IMG/VR virus record: IMGVR_UViG_3300049202_000001
Source: a virus
Length of the DNA stretch: 64,000 nt
Direction: 5' to 3' (one strand)
Under the pieces are notes generated by a model, which was not told the DNA's origin, searched no databases, and worked only from the letters and a program-made list of their open reading frames with translations. Both the position numbers and the translations under genes were made by a program. The stretch's first letter is position 1, and the number at the start of each line of letters is the position of its first letter. This document shows positions 1 through 10,500 of this stretch, one piece after another.

Positions 1-924
1 TTTATGAAAACGGCTGATATGAACGGACTGATTACAATCGACCGTGACAAGTTTCTATTGTTCTCTGCGGATAGCGTAAAAGGTAATCCAGAAGGTAAGT
101 CAGTACTGAAGTCAGTATATCTACCTTATAAGCAGCTAGCACTACTTAAAGACCAACTAATGCTTGGCGTGTCGAAAGATATCGCCTCAGTTCCAGTAGT
201 ATATATCCCTCCAAAATATATGGCACAAGATGCCTCAGATTCGGAGAAGGCTGTATATAAAGCATATCTAGACGCAGCCCAAGCCATCGCAGATGGTAAG
301 CAGCGCTCTCTGGTTATGCCTCAAGTGTTCGATGAAAACAATAACAAATTGTTTGAATTCGACTTGATGGAAGCTAAAGGAACTAATAAATTTGATATCC
401 CGAAGATTATTGAGCAGCTTCAGAATGACATTCTAACAGCATTGTCAGCCGACGTATTGAAAAATGGTCAAGCTGAATCTGGAACTTTCTCAATTAAGGA
501 TACTAAGACAAACCTTTGCGCAATGGCGATGGAACACCGCCTAAACGAAATTCGTGACGTGCTTAACAGCGATTTGATTGCGCAACTTTATGCGCTAAAT
601 GGCTGGAGTCAAGAACGTCTGCCTACGTTTGAATATGGCGACATTGCTGATGTAGATAGTGAAGCATGGTCGAAACTTGTACAACGTGTTGCTTCTGTCG
701 GTCTGGTTGAAGTAGACCGTGAATGGCTGAATAAAGCTCGTGAAGTTGCCGGCGTAGCTCCAAGACCTCTCGACGCTCCTGTAGACAAAGAAAATCTAAC
801 AGGTGCAAATAGTCGCTCTGGAGACGGAATGGCTGTTGGTAAGAGCGGAGAAGGAACTTCCGACATCGGGGGCAAGTCTAGCAAGCAAGATAAATCGGCC
901 CGTAACGCTGACAATAAAGGATAA
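1..924 (+). CDS. Portal protein, C-terminal part (5' end cut by window edge)
   Basis: Reading frame is open to nt 1. Lies directly upstream of protease-scaffold-decoration-capsid genes, matching lambda B-C-Nu3-D-E order. Gly/Ser/Lys-rich tail. Confidence 0.65.
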   Translation, partial: FMKTADMNGLITIDRDKFLLFSADSVKGNPEGKSVLKSVYLPYKQLALLKDQLMLGVSKDIASVPVVYIPPKYMAQDASDSEKAVYKAYLDAAQAIADGKQRSLVMPQVFDENNNKLFEFDLMEAKGTNKFDIPKIIEQLQNDILTALSADVLKNGQAESGTFSIKDTKTNLCAMAMEHRLNEIRDVLNSDLIAQLYALNGWSQERLPTFEYGDIADVDSEAWSKLVQRVASVGLVEVDREWLNKAREVAGVAPRPLDAPVDKENLTGANSRSGDGMAVGKSGEGTSDIGGKSSKQDKSARNADNKG

Positions 925-927
925 ATA

Positions 928-1758
928 ATGACAATGCAACGGCCTGTTCGTAGGTTGACATCCGACCTATACAACAAGCCGCATCTCATTTCTGCGGAAG
1001 CTTTCAGTGCGATCACAACGTATCTGGAGCTTCGCAATACTGGGATGCTGGCACAAGTAGAAACCGTTTCTGCCGACCTTGATAAAGCTTCAAATGTTGG
1101 CAAGATCGGCCTAATCAATATTCACGGTAGTCTTACTAACAAACCTGTTGAGTCTCGTTGCGGAGCCACAGGTACAAGCTATGCAGGCTTGATGGATCAA
1201 ACATCAGAGCTAATTGGCATGGGCTGTAAAAAGATCGTTTTCGATATCAGCTCCGGTGGAGGCGAAGCATTTAATTGTTTCCAAACTGCTGACGCAATTC
1301 GAAAAATGGCGGATGACAACGACGTATATCTAATCTCGTATGTTCAAGATTGTGCCGCTTCCGCTGCCTACGCCTTGTGCGTAATGTCCGACGAAGTTGT
1401 AGCACATCCACAAGGACAGGTTGGAAGTATCGGCGTACTAATCGCTCTAATGAATAACAGTAAAGCCCTTGAAAAAGAAGGCTATTCTCGTACATTTATT
1501 ACTGCTGGAGCTAACAAAATTCCTTTCGATGCGAACGGAGAGTTCCGCGAAGAGTTCCTTGAAGCTCTTCAAGCGCAAGTGGATGAACTTTACGGAGAGT
1601 TTGTAGCTCACGTAGCTGAATATACAGGACTGTCTGTAGAAGAAATCAAAGCCACTGAAGCTTCGATGTTCCGTGCTAGTAAAGCCATGGAGATGGGTCT
1701 AGTCAATTCGGTTATGACCAACGAAGAATTCGCTCAGTACCTAACGAAAAAGGAGTGA
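928..1758 (+). CDS. Prohead protease, S49/SppA (ClpP-fold) family, lambda gpC-like
   Basis: Motifs SSGGGEA, AASAAY and VGSIGV are typical of S49 serine peptidases. Position is right after the portal gene. Confidence 0.8.
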   Translation: MTMQRPVRRLTSDLYNKPHLISAEAFSAITTYLELRNTGMLAQVETVSADLDKASNVGKIGLINIHGSLTNKPVESRCGATGTSYAGLMDQTSELIGMGCKKIVFDISSGGGEAFNCFQTADAIRKMADDNDVYLISYVQDCAASAAYALCVMSDEVVAHPQGQVGSIGVLIALMNNSKALEKEGYSRTFITAGANKIPFDANGEFREEFLEALQAQVDELYGEFVAHVAEYTGLSVEEIKATEASMFRASKAMEMGLVNSVMTNEEFAQYLTKKE

Positions 1759-2291
1759 TCTTGAAAGATACGCTAAAACGAATGCTTGGTATTTCCCAAG
1801 CGCCTGCGCAAGCAGAACAACTGAAAGAGGAAGTAGTCAATATGACTGATGTAACTCACGCTGATGCTGCTGCTGACGCAAACGTAGCGGCGCTTCAAAG
1901 CACCGTTGCATCCCTAACGGAACAACTGGGCGTTAAGGACGCCAAGATTGCAGAACTCGCCGCTCTGGTAGCTGCTGCAACCGAATTTAAAGTTGCCCAA
2001 GAAAAAGCTGCTGCTGAAGCTATTACAGCTTCACGAGTAGAGAAACTAACGGCACTTGTGGGAACCGAACAAGCTGCAAATCTTCAAGCTGCAACAGCTT
2101 CGATGGATGCCCCAGCATTTGATGCACTGGTAGCTGCTATGTCGTTTAAACAGACGGCTGAAGCTGCAAGTCCAGCATTCAAAGAAGTAGGTGCGGAAGG
2201 TACTACTGACCAAACCAAACTAAATGCGGAAGTATATGGCGGAAAAACTGCTGACTACCTGCAAGCAATTGTTAACAAAGAACTTAACTAA
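1755..2291 (+). CDS. Scaffolding protein (putative)
   Basis: Ala/Glu/Lys-rich coiled-coil ORF between protease and decoration/capsid genes. GTG start overlaps the protease stop; start is uncertain. Confidence 0.5.
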   Translation: MILKDTLKRMLGISQAPAQAEQLKEEVVNMTDVTHADAAADANVAALQSTVASLTEQLGVKDAKIAELAALVAAATEFKVAQEKAAAEAITASRVEKLTALVGTEQAANLQAATASMDAPAFDALVAAMSFKQTAEAASPAFKEVGAEGTTDQTKLNAEVYGGKTADYLQAIVNKELN

Positions 2292-2308
2292 TCTAAAAGG
2301 AAATAGAC

Positions 2309-2737
2309 ATGCCAGTTATCGCAACTGAAGGCCAATTCGACCGCTTCAGCAGCGTTGTCAAATACATTGACGACGTAGCCAAGCCAAGCACTCACAACGA
2401 ACTAGTTACTGTGAATGAAGCAGCAATTAAATCGTACTCACTGGGAACTGTGCTGGGTAAAGTTACCGCTACAGGTAAATACAAAATCGCAGTCCAGACT
2501 GCCGTGGATGGTTCTAACGTACCAGCCGCAATCGTAATCGGTGACAGCTCTGGTGTTGTAACCACTTTCGCAGTCGCAGCAACTACTGATACCAAAGTTT
2601 TGACTCTGGCTCGTGGTAAAGCAATCGTGGCAAAAGAAGGGCTGAAACTAGACGCAACATACAACGACGCTACTAAAGTTCAAGCTGCTTATGACGCACT
2701 GAAGGCTCTCGGCATTCTTGCTGAAAGCGCTAACTAA
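2309..2737 (+). CDS. Head decoration protein (gpD-position)
   Basis: 142-aa ORF with an RBS, immediately upstream of the major capsid gene. The call is mainly positional. Confidence 0.55.
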   Translation: MPVIATEGQFDRFSSVVKYIDDVAKPSTHNELVTVNEAAIKSYSLGTVLGKVTATGKYKIAVQTAVDGSNVPAAIVIGDSSGVVTTFAVAATTDTKVLTLARGKAIVAKEGLKLDATYNDATKVQAAYDALKALGILAESAN

Positions 2738-2760
2738 TTAACAAAGTAAAGGAATATTAA

Positions 2761-3792
2761 ATGCCTATCGTACGTTCATTTGGCAACAACTTCGAAGTAC
2801 AAGACTGGACTGGTGAAGTTAACACCGTCCCTAACCAATGGGGTCTGATTGGTCAGCTTGGTATCTTCCGTGAAGAAGGCGTTGCAGAGCACGTTGTAGT
2901 GTTCGAAGAAATCATCAAGGACGGTGCGTTGCTGGTTGACCGTGTTCGCGGGGATCGTAGCAACGTGGGTAAAGATGCACAGCGCAAGCTGCACACCTTC
3001 GCCGTTCCGCACTTCCCAATGGAAGATGCGATTTTCCCACAAGACATCCAAGGTAAGCGTGCCTACGGCAAAGCTAACGAAGTGGAAACTCTTGACCTAG
3101 TACGTGCCCGTAAGCTGGCCCGTATTCGTCAGAATCACGCTTGGACTCTGGAAGTAGCTCGTGCTCAGGCTATCACTGCTGGTACTGTCTATGCTCCTAA
3201 CGGTACTGTATCGCAAGACTGGTATCAAGAGATGACAGGTGCAGCTCGTCCTGCTGCTGTGGACTTCTTGCTGGGTACATCGACTACTGAAATCGCTTCG
3301 CAGGTGGAAACCGTTCTGGCGAAGATTCAAGATAACAGCGGTGAAATCAACTACAGCGGCGTAATTGCTCTGTGCGGTACTACCTTCTTCCAGAAGCTGG
3401 TAACACACGCAACGATTAAGCAGGCTTACCAGTTCTACACTTCGACTCAGGAACCTCTGCGTCGTCGTCTGTCGAGCGATGGTAGCGCTGTTGGTATGCG
3501 TCGTACTTTCGAGTACATGGGCGTTACCTTCATCGAAATGCGTGACAACCTTGGCGGAACTACGCTGATTGGCGCTTCTGATGCTTACTTCCTGCCAACT
3601 GGTACGGAGTACTTCAAAACCTACTTCAGCCCAGCTAACCGTTTCGGTCTGGTGAATACAATCGGTGAACAGGTTTATGTGTTCGAAAGCATGGCTCCTA
3701 ACGGAACTGCTTACAACTACGAATCTGAATCGAACTTCATCAACGCGCTGTTGAAGCCGCTGACTGTTGTGAAAGCAACCACAAGCAACTAA
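2761..3792 (+). CDS. Major capsid protein, lambda gpE-like family
   Basis: 343 aa (lambda gpE is 341 aa). Follows the protease/scaffold/decoration genes, has a strong RBS and is followed by a strong terminator. Confidence 0.8.
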   Translation: MPIVRSFGNNFEVQDWTGEVNTVPNQWGLIGQLGIFREEGVAEHVVVFEEIIKDGALLVDRVRGDRSNVGKDAQRKLHTFAVPHFPMEDAIFPQDIQGKRAYGKANEVETLDLVRARKLARIRQNHAWTLEVARAQAITAGTVYAPNGTVSQDWYQEMTGAARPAAVDFLLGTSTTEIASQVETVLAKIQDNSGEINYSGVIALCGTTFFQKLVTHATIKQAYQFYTSTQEPLRRRLSSDGSAVGMRRTFEYMGVTFIEMRDNLGGTTLIGASDAYFLPTGTEYFKTYFSPANRFGLVNTIGEQVYVFESMAPNGTAYNYESESNFINALLKPLTVVKATTSN

Positions 3793-3800
3793 TGCTTGAA

Positions 3801-3829
3801 AACAGAACCCTTCGGGTTCTGTTATTTAT
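3801..3829 (+). terminator. Rho-independent terminator/attenuator after capsid gene
   Basis: Stem AACAGAACCC / GGGTTCTGTT with loop TTCG, followed by a T-rich tract. Confidence 0.65.
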
Positions 3830-3903
3830 GAAGATTGATGCGAGAGCCAGTGCACACCGTGCCAGTGTAAGAGTCTTCATAAATAACATAGAAAGGATAA
3901 ATA

Positions 3904-4377
3904 ATGGCTATTCTCGATCCTACTACGGCTATCGGAAAGATGCGTCTACGTGTAGGCGATTTTAGTGATTTGCCTCTGATGCCAGATTCTGTATATCAGT
4001 CAGCGCTAGACGACTCTAATCAGAGTGTACCGAAGGCGAGTGTGCTAGTTGCCACTTACATCCTAGCGATGCTAACTGGACAGACACATCAGAAGCTTTC
4101 GCAGATTGAAGTGTTCGGGGCAGAATGGTTTAGAAATTATCTGTCGTTTGTTAAGGCCACAATCCTTAATCCAAACTTCATGGAAATTTTGCCAGTGCCT
4201 TACGTAGCGCAGATTAGAAATGAATGCGGTGAGCTGGTTGAACTTCCATTAGTACAGTTCCAACAAGATTGGAATGCAAACTACGTATCGACAACGCAGT
4301 CTCAAGACATGCACATGACAGCCACACTTTCACCAAACGGTGGAGGATGTTGGTCAGCGGTTCCACATTGGGTGTGA
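3904..4377 (+). CDS. Head-tail connector / head completion protein (putative)
   Basis: 157-aa ORF, first gene after the capsid terminator, with an N-terminal LRLRVGD-type motif seen in connector proteins. Mostly positional. Confidence 0.45.
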   Translation: MAILDPTTAIGKMRLRVGDFSDLPLMPDSVYQSALDDSNQSVPKASVLVATYILAMLTGQTHQKLSQIEVFGAEWFRNYLSFVKATILNPNFMEILPVPYVAQIRNECGELVELPLVQFQQDWNANYVSTTQSQDMHMTATLSPNGGGCWSAVPHWV

Positions 4378-4382
4378 TAGAT

Positions 4383-4754
4383 ATGATTGATCCACTAACA
4401 CGTACAGTGATGAATATCATTCGTCAATTCGGAGGCTCTGCAACACTAACTGTTGTGACGGGCGAAGTATATGACGTTGAGACATCCACTGTTGTGACAA
4501 CAGAGACACAGTACCCAATTAAGATGGTTGCACAGGATTATATCCAAAAGTCCAATGGACTGTACGCACAGAATGGAACGTTGCTTCAGACAGGAGACAA
4601 ACAGTTCTTCATTCAATCTGAGGGAGTTCCAGTTCCACGTCCGGGAACCGATTCGATTATATTCGAAGGAAGAAAGTGGACAGTATTAACTGTAAAGGAT
4701 TATAACCCTTCAGGCGTTAAATCCTACTGCTACGAAATCTACGCGAGGGTGTAA
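4383..4754 (+). CDS. Head-tail adaptor / head closure protein (putative)
   Basis: ATG at 4383 just after the upstream stop; the track start at 4269 overlaps the previous gene. Size and position fit a head-tail joining protein. Confidence 0.45.
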   Translation: MIDPLTRTVMNIIRQFGGSATLTVVTGEVYDVETSTVVTTETQYPIKMVAQDYIQKSNGLYAQNGTLLQTGDKQFFIQSEGVPVPRPGTDSIIFEGRKWTVLTVKDYNPSGVKSYCYEIYARV

Positions 4755-5170
4755 TGGGATTCGCATCATCTGTCAAAGCGTTTCAGGCAAAAGCTACTAG
4801 CCAAGTGAATGCACAGGTGAATGCAATTGCGACGGAACTGTTCGAAGAAATTGTAAAAGAGACGCCTGTAGAAAAAGGCGTACTAAAGAATAACTGGTAC
4901 ATCGGCTACGGGAAGGTCTACAACACCGCCTACAGCGAAAATTCAGCGTCCAAGGATGGGATGGCCAGCTTGAGTCGAATCTCGGCTCTAAAGACCGGTA
5001 CGACCTTCCTGAAGAAGGACGGAATTGTCAGTCTGTCCAATTCAACGCCATATGGATTCCGAGCTGAGTACGCTGGCTGGCCTTATCCTCAATGGACTGG
5101 ACGTGTTGGCCCATATGCAATGATTGCTAAAGCCTTCATCGTAGTTGTTCCAAAATATAAGAGGGCGTAA
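4754..5170 (+). CDS. HK97 gp10-like neck / tail completion protein (putative)
   Basis: ATGA start-stop overlap with the upstream gene. Motif TPVEKGVLKNNW resembles the TPVDTGxLRxSW signature of the HK97 gp10 family. Confidence 0.5.
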   Translation: MGFASSVKAFQAKATSQVNAQVNAIATELFEEIVKETPVEKGVLKNNWYIGYGKVYNTAYSENSASKDGMASLSRISALKTGTTFLKKDGIVSLSNSTPYGFRAEYAGWPYPQWTGRVGPYAMIAKAFIVVVPKYKRA

Positions 5171-5562
5171 TGAGTACACGATCAGAAATTGAAGCACGTG
5201 TGATTACTTGGGCAAATGCTCAAGTTCCACCTATCCCAGTAGCACTTGAAGGTAAGAGTTTTCCCAAGCCTGTAACAGGGCCTTGGCTTGAAGTGTTTCT
5301 TCTGGGAGCAAACAACGTAAATCGAAACGTAGCAGCAGAAGGAACCCGAACATACGGAATGTTCCAAATTAATTGCTACGCTCAAGCAGGTAAAGGAATG
5401 GGAGAAGTTGAAGCATTGCGCGACAACATGGTAGCCCTTTTCCCCGTACTACCAAAGACAGGGACGGTGAGTATTGAAGCTCCCCTGAGTTGGTCTGGTA
5501 GTGACGTTATTGACGGGTATGCATTCGTACCTGTCCGTGGCAACTACCGAACTGAAACATAA
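5170..5562 (+). CDS. Tail terminator protein (DUF4128-like)
   Basis: 130 aa and coupled to the upstream gene. The pattern (PVALEGKSF...PWLEVFLL...GMFQINCYA) recalls the DUF4128/gpU-like family. Lies upstream of the tail tube gene. Confidence 0.5.
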   Translation: MSTRSEIEARVITWANAQVPPIPVALEGKSFPKPVTGPWLEVFLLGANNVNRNVAAEGTRTYGMFQINCYAQAGKGMGEVEALRDNMVALFPVLPKTGTVSIEAPLSWSGSDVIDGYAFVPVRGNYRTET

Positions 5563-5593
5563 ATTAAACAACCTTCTTCTAAAGGAATAAACA

Positions 5594-5947
5594 ATGGCAG
5601 CACTTACACCAACCGTACGCGGAGCACTGGTAACTGCAAACCGTAACACCCTGTCTGCATCTGACACGTTTGTCTACACACAAAATCTGAGTCAATGCCT
5701 TGAACTTCACAATAACACTGCTGGGCCACTTACTGCTGTGATTAAAGGTTCGGCGCCTTCTGCTGCATATCCAATTCAGGGTGCAGGTGGAACGACAGTT
5801 GACCTAAGCGCAGGACTATCAGTAGTTGTTGCAGCAAACGCTTCCAAGCTTGTAAATCTGGATGCACACGCAGCTTATCTAGCTGGTAACGGAACAGTAA
5901 CTGTAACAGGCGCAGCAACAGCTATCGCTATCCTGTTGACTAACTAA
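5594..5947 (+). CDS. Hypothetical structural protein
   Basis: 117-aa Ala/Gly/Thr-rich ORF with an RBS, between the tail terminator and tail tube genes. Confidence 0.4.
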   Translation: MAALTPTVRGALVTANRNTLSASDTFVYTQNLSQCLELHNNTAGPLTAVIKGSAPSAAYPIQGAGGTTVDLSAGLSVVVAANASKLVNLDAHAAYLAGNGTVTVTGAATAIAILLTN

Positions 5948-5968
5948 TTTTAACAAAGGAACATATAA

Positions 5969-6436
5969 ATGGCTGCATCTAAAGTACGTACCAGTGCTGG
6001 TACAAAATTCTATGTGTCTGACCCAATCGCTGCACTGAATACGACATATGACGCTGCGACATTCGCAGGCGGAACATACATCGAAGTTGGCGAACTGTCT
6101 GACCTAGGTAGCTTCGGTAAGAAATACAACCTTGTAACGTTCAACCCTCTGGGTGATCGTAAAACTGTAAAGCGTAAAGGTTCGTACAACAACGGTACAT
6201 TGGCCCTGAAACTGGGCGCTGCTGTAACCGATGCTGGACAGATCAAAATGCAAGCAGCAGCAGATTCTGACTCGTCTTACGCCTTCAAGGTTGTAACGCA
6301 GAGCGGAAGCATCTACTACTTCACCGGACAGGTAATGGGATGGATGCTGGAAGTTGGTAGCGTTGACCAGATCATGGGTGCTTCGACCGACCTTGAAATC
6401 GACAACGACATTGTAGCCACTAACCTGACTGCCTAA
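5969..6436 (+). CDS. Major tail (tube) protein
   Basis: 155 aa with a strong RBS. It is the last gene before the terminator and the chaperone/tape-measure block. Confidence 0.6.
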   Translation: MAASKVRTSAGTKFYVSDPIAALNTTYDAATFAGGTYIEVGELSDLGSFGKKYNLVTFNPLGDRKTVKRKGSYNNGTLALKLGAAVTDAGQIKMQAAADSDSSYAFKVVTQSGSIYYFTGQVMGWMLEVGSVDQIMGASTDLEIDNDIVATNLTA

Positions 6437-6442
6437 TGTTGA

Positions 6443-6472
6443 AGAGCCGCCTTCGGGTGGCTCTTTCTGTTT
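6443..6472 (+). terminator. Rho-independent terminator after tail tube gene
   Basis: 9-bp stem AGAGCCGCC / GGTGGCTCT, loop TTCG, then TTCTGTTTC. Confidence 0.65.
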
Positions 6473-6505
6473 CTAGCACACCTTAGCAAGTAACACTATC
6501 AAAAT

Positions 6506-6534
6506 TTGACAAAATGTGATAAGTAGTGTACAAT
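6506..6534 (+). promoter_or_regulatory. Sigma70-type promoter
   Basis: TTGACA, 17-nt spacer, TACAAT. The spacer ends in AAGTAGTG. Confidence 0.6.
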
Positions 6535-6611
6535 CTGGGGTAAGTAGGCAATAAGTCTACGCATAAAATGATGGCAATAGAAGCCGCAACCTACCATAAA
6601 AGGACTATAAC

Positions 6612-7022
6612 ATGTTTGACGTAAAATCGCTAGCAATTAAAGAATCTACTGTTCTGCACTTGACTAACCCATTCACCCAAGAGCACCTGTTCGTGAACGA
6701 TAAAGGTGAACTGGACTCCAAGGGTAAGCACCCTGTAACCGTTACCATTGCATCACAAGGTAGCCGTGAATATCGTCTTGCTGTGAACGCTATGATTAAC
6801 CGAGACAACAAGCGTGGCAAGAAACTGAAAACTGCGGAAGAAAGCCGTGCGGAAGGTATCGAACTGCTGGTAGCTATCTGTTTGGATTCCGACAATCTGT
6901 CGTATGACGGTGAGCCAGTAAAGACTGATGCGCAGTTCCGTGCAATGCTGTCGGATGATTCTCTGGGATTCATCAAGCAACAAATTGATGAAACTCTGGG
7001 TGACATCGGCGTTTTCAAATAA
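6612..7022 (+). CDS. Tail assembly chaperone (gpG-like)
   Basis: 136-aa acidic ORF directly upstream of the tape measure gene. It is overlapped at its 3' end by an open -1 frame. Confidence 0.6.
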   Translation: MFDVKSLAIKESTVLHLTNPFTQEHLFVNDKGELDSKGKHPVTVTIASQGSREYRLAVNAMINRDNKRGKKLKTAEESRAEGIELLVAICLDSDNLSYDGEPVKTDAQFRAMLSDDSLGFIKQQIDETLGDIGVFK

Positions 7023-7564
7023 CAGTCGAAGAGGCTGAGCTTTACATCCGACAGGAAGCGTTTTACAACGCTGTACCAGACGGTCAAAAGCTCAGTCGAG
7101 CGGAGCAAATAAGGCAGGTAGCGCTTGGTAGCGTTAATTTGCTGGACGACTCCGGGGAAGAAGACGATGGTTCAATCCCCGACACTCCTGCTGCCTCTAT
7201 TCAAGAGCTACGAGAAATTCCAATGCCCGAAGTTTCGGAAGCTGCGGGGTATCTCGTAGCTCTTTTGCATTCTGCTGGTGTGGCGTCTGCAACAGGCATG
7301 GGACTATCAGGTTTGTCGTGGCAAGAAATTGAATCGTGGGCGAGATGCAATGATTTCGTAGGCATCCTAAGTCCAAAAGAATACAGGGCTATCTACACCC
7401 TAAGCAGAGCATATGTTTCGGAGCATGCAGTTGCATCGAAGAAAGGTGCCAAACCTCCATATATGCCGCCAGTAGAAAAAGAAGATGAAGTAGTGCGTGA
7501 ACTGGTAGCAGAGAAAGTGGATGACGTTTTCGCTGTGATGTTGAAAGCACAAACAAGAGGGTGA
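7004..7564 (+). CDS. Tail assembly chaperone -1 frameshift extension (gpGT-like)
   Basis: The -1 frame is open from 7004 and overlaps the last 6 codons of the upstream ORF. No SD precedes the TTG at 7139. Geometry matches the conserved G/GT frameshift. Confidence 0.5.
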   Translation, partial: HRRFQITVEEAELYIRQEAFYNAVPDGQKLSRAEQIRQVALGSVNLLDDSGEEDDGSIPDTPAASIQELREIPMPEVSEAAGYLVALLHSAGVASATGMGLSGLSWQEIESWARCNDFVGILSPKEYRAIYTLSRAYVSEHAVASKKGAKPPYMPPVEKEDEVVRELVAEKVDDVFAVMLKAQTRG

Positions 7565-7596
7565 GCCAGATGGCTTAAATTTTATAAGGAAAGAGA

Positions 7597-10500
7597 ATGG
7601 CAACACAAGATATTAGCCAACTCGTCGTAGAGGTAAAGAGTAAGGGTATTCAAACTGCTGAAAATCAGTTGGATAAACTGGCCACTGCTGCGGACAAAGC
7701 TGAAGCTGCTGTCAAGCGACTAGGTACATCTGTCGTAGGAACCAACAGCACGTTGAGCGGGGGAGTAGCTAACGCTGCTGCCCTTGTATCTTCTATGACA
7801 GCATTGACAGCAGTGTTGGAACGTATGTCCCTTACGCAAGCACGTGCTGCAAAATCTACGCGTGTAAGCAACGAAGCAATGCGTGAAGCCCATGCCCTTG
7901 CTAGAGGTCTTTCCGGGTCACTAGGAGCGCTGTGGATCACGTACGGTAACCTTGCAGGTATGGGTGTAGGTATCGCTATTGGTGCCTCCCTGAAGGGCAT
8001 TGTAACGAGCGGCAAAGAGGTGGAACAGACACTGGAACAGATTCGTGTTCTAGGTCAGGCATCAACAGGTGAAATCGATCAAATGGCTATTGCCGTCACC
8101 GATTTGGGAAAGGGAGCACAAGGCCCTAAAGATGTAGCTGAAGCTCTGCAAGTGTTGACGTTGGCAGGTTTGAATGCCAAGTCCGCATTGAGTGGTGTGC
8201 AGGCAGCTCTTAATCTGTCTATTGGCGGTGGAGTCAGTATTGAAAAAGCTGCTGAGACGCTTGTTCAGGTAAGTTCGGCACTTGGATATACAGCACGCGA
8301 TTTCGATCACGTATCTGATGTCATCCAAAAAACTGCGGCAGTGTCTATGTCGAGTGTTGATAGCATCTCTAACGCATTCAAATCTGCTGCTGCTGTCGGT
8401 GAAGTTTATGGAGCATCGTTGCAAGATATCGCTCTTGGTCTTGCTGCTGTTGCTAACTTGGGTATTCAAGGTACATCTGCTGGTACGGCACTGAAAAACT
8501 TCTACAAAGACTTGTCCGCGTCTACTCAAAAAGTAACAGGGACACTTCAAGCAATGGGTCTAACTATTGCAAGCTTCCGGGATGAATCCACTGGTAAATT
8601 CCGTCCACTTCTGGATGTTGTAAAAACACTGGATGAAGGTTTCGGCAGACTGAATCAGCAACAAAAGAAATTGGCTGAAGTTAGAATGTTTAGCCAACAG
8701 GGTGTACGAGAATTCGCTGTATTGAGCAAGCTGTTGAACACTGCATCAGAAGAAGTTGATGCAACCGGAAAAGTGTACGCAAGCAAACTTGAAGAGATGG
8801 CAGATAAGATTGACAAAGCTGCTGCGTTCTCTACGCTTGCCGCTATTGCGATGGCTCAGACAACCAGTAACCAGTTGAAGTCTGTTGCTAATACTATTGA
8901 ATCCACTTTTGTAGAAGTGTTTAGAGAAGTCTCTCCACAAATTGGACAAATTGCACGTGCAATGAAGTCAGCCTTTGCTTCTCCAGAGTTCAAGGCTGGA
9001 CTGACGGCTGTTGCAACAGGTATCGCAAACATCACTAAATTCGCAATTGAAAACGCTAAGGTAATTGCAGAAGTAGCTGCGGCATGGTGGACTGGTATGC
9101 GTCTGCTGGCAATTGCTCCAGCACTGGCAGGCATTACTACTGGCCTGACTTTGGCAAGAGTTGCTGCGCTTGGATTGAGCGCTGCCCTTGGCCCAATCGG
9201 TATTACTTTGGCTGCGCTTACTGCTGCATGGTTCTTGTACAAATCTGCTCAAGATGACGCACTGAACAATCAAGCTGCTGCTGCCAATCTGAACGAGTAT
9301 AACGAAGGCATTGTCAAAGCTGCTGAAAAAGAACAACGTATCCTAGCAATGCGTAAGGCCGGTAAGACTCAGGCTGACATGGATCGTGAAGAACAGATGC
9401 AGCAAGACAAAGACGCTGCTGACCAAGCTATCCGTAATTCTCAACGTGGGTTGGATGCAATGAAGTCCAAGCTTGCTGCTGACGAGAAAGCTTTGTCAGT
9501 GCACGAGAAGCTTATTCTTGGACTGGTAAAGCAAGGTACTTGGACAGGTATGGTTTCTTCTAAGATGGAGTCGTTCATCAAACAGGAAGATGAATATACC
9601 CGTGCACTTACTCAACATGCTAACCAAGTTAACATCACACGTAAAGCTACTGAAAAGCTTGTAGAACTTCGTAAAGAAAATGGCGCACTAGCTGATGCTG
9701 GAGCGAATAAAACTAAAATCTCAACAGGAGATGGAAGTCTTAACGGGAAGCCAGACAGAGTTGGCGCTAACGATCAGTATTCCGCCACCATTAAAGGCTT
9801 CCAAGACGACATGAAAGCAGCTTACCAAGCTCTGTCGAATTTCCGAGAAGAAGAGAATGGTAAGTTCCGTGCTGGTGAAATCGGACGCCTACAAGTGATC
9901 CAAGAAACAGCAGACAAGGAAGTTGCAACATACACCTTGATTGCTGAAAAAGCTCGTGCTGCACGTGCCGTGGCTGAACGCACTCCTAACAAATCTGCGG
10001 ATGCTGAACGTTTCCGTGGAGAAGAGGAACGTGCTGAAGCTGAAAGGGTTCAAGCAGAAAGAATGCGTTCACAAAATACTCTAGCATTGCAACGCGAAGT
10101 GCTTGCACAGAAGACAGCTTTGCAAGTTAAAGCTTTGGAGGATGAAGGTAAGTATGTAGACGCTGCTAACCTGAAGTGGTCGGTAGATGGGAAGCTGTCT
10201 CTAGACCAAGCTCAGAAAGACCTTGCTGCGTACGGAGAGAAGTTTCCTTGGTTGACAGACTTGGTAAATCAGTTTGCAGCAACACGTGATGCAGCAGTTG
10301 GTTCGGCCCAGTTGAAGCAAGACGCTCTTGAGTTTGATACAGCACTCCTGAATGTACAAGCGACGTTGAAAGGCTTTAAAGCTGACACATACGGAGACAG
10401 TGTTTCTGGTGTGCTAGATAAAGCTACTGATGCTACTCAGCGCTTCCAGAAAGCTATGGAAGTTGCTAAGGTAAAGCGTGACAAGCTGATGAACGATGCA

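Noticed and set aside
7139-7564. An independent 141-aa gene starting at TTG 7139.
   Set aside because: No Shine-Dalgarno sequence lies upstream. The frame is already open 135 nt further upstream and overlaps the end of the gpG-like ORF in the -1 register, which is the conserved G/GT arrangement.
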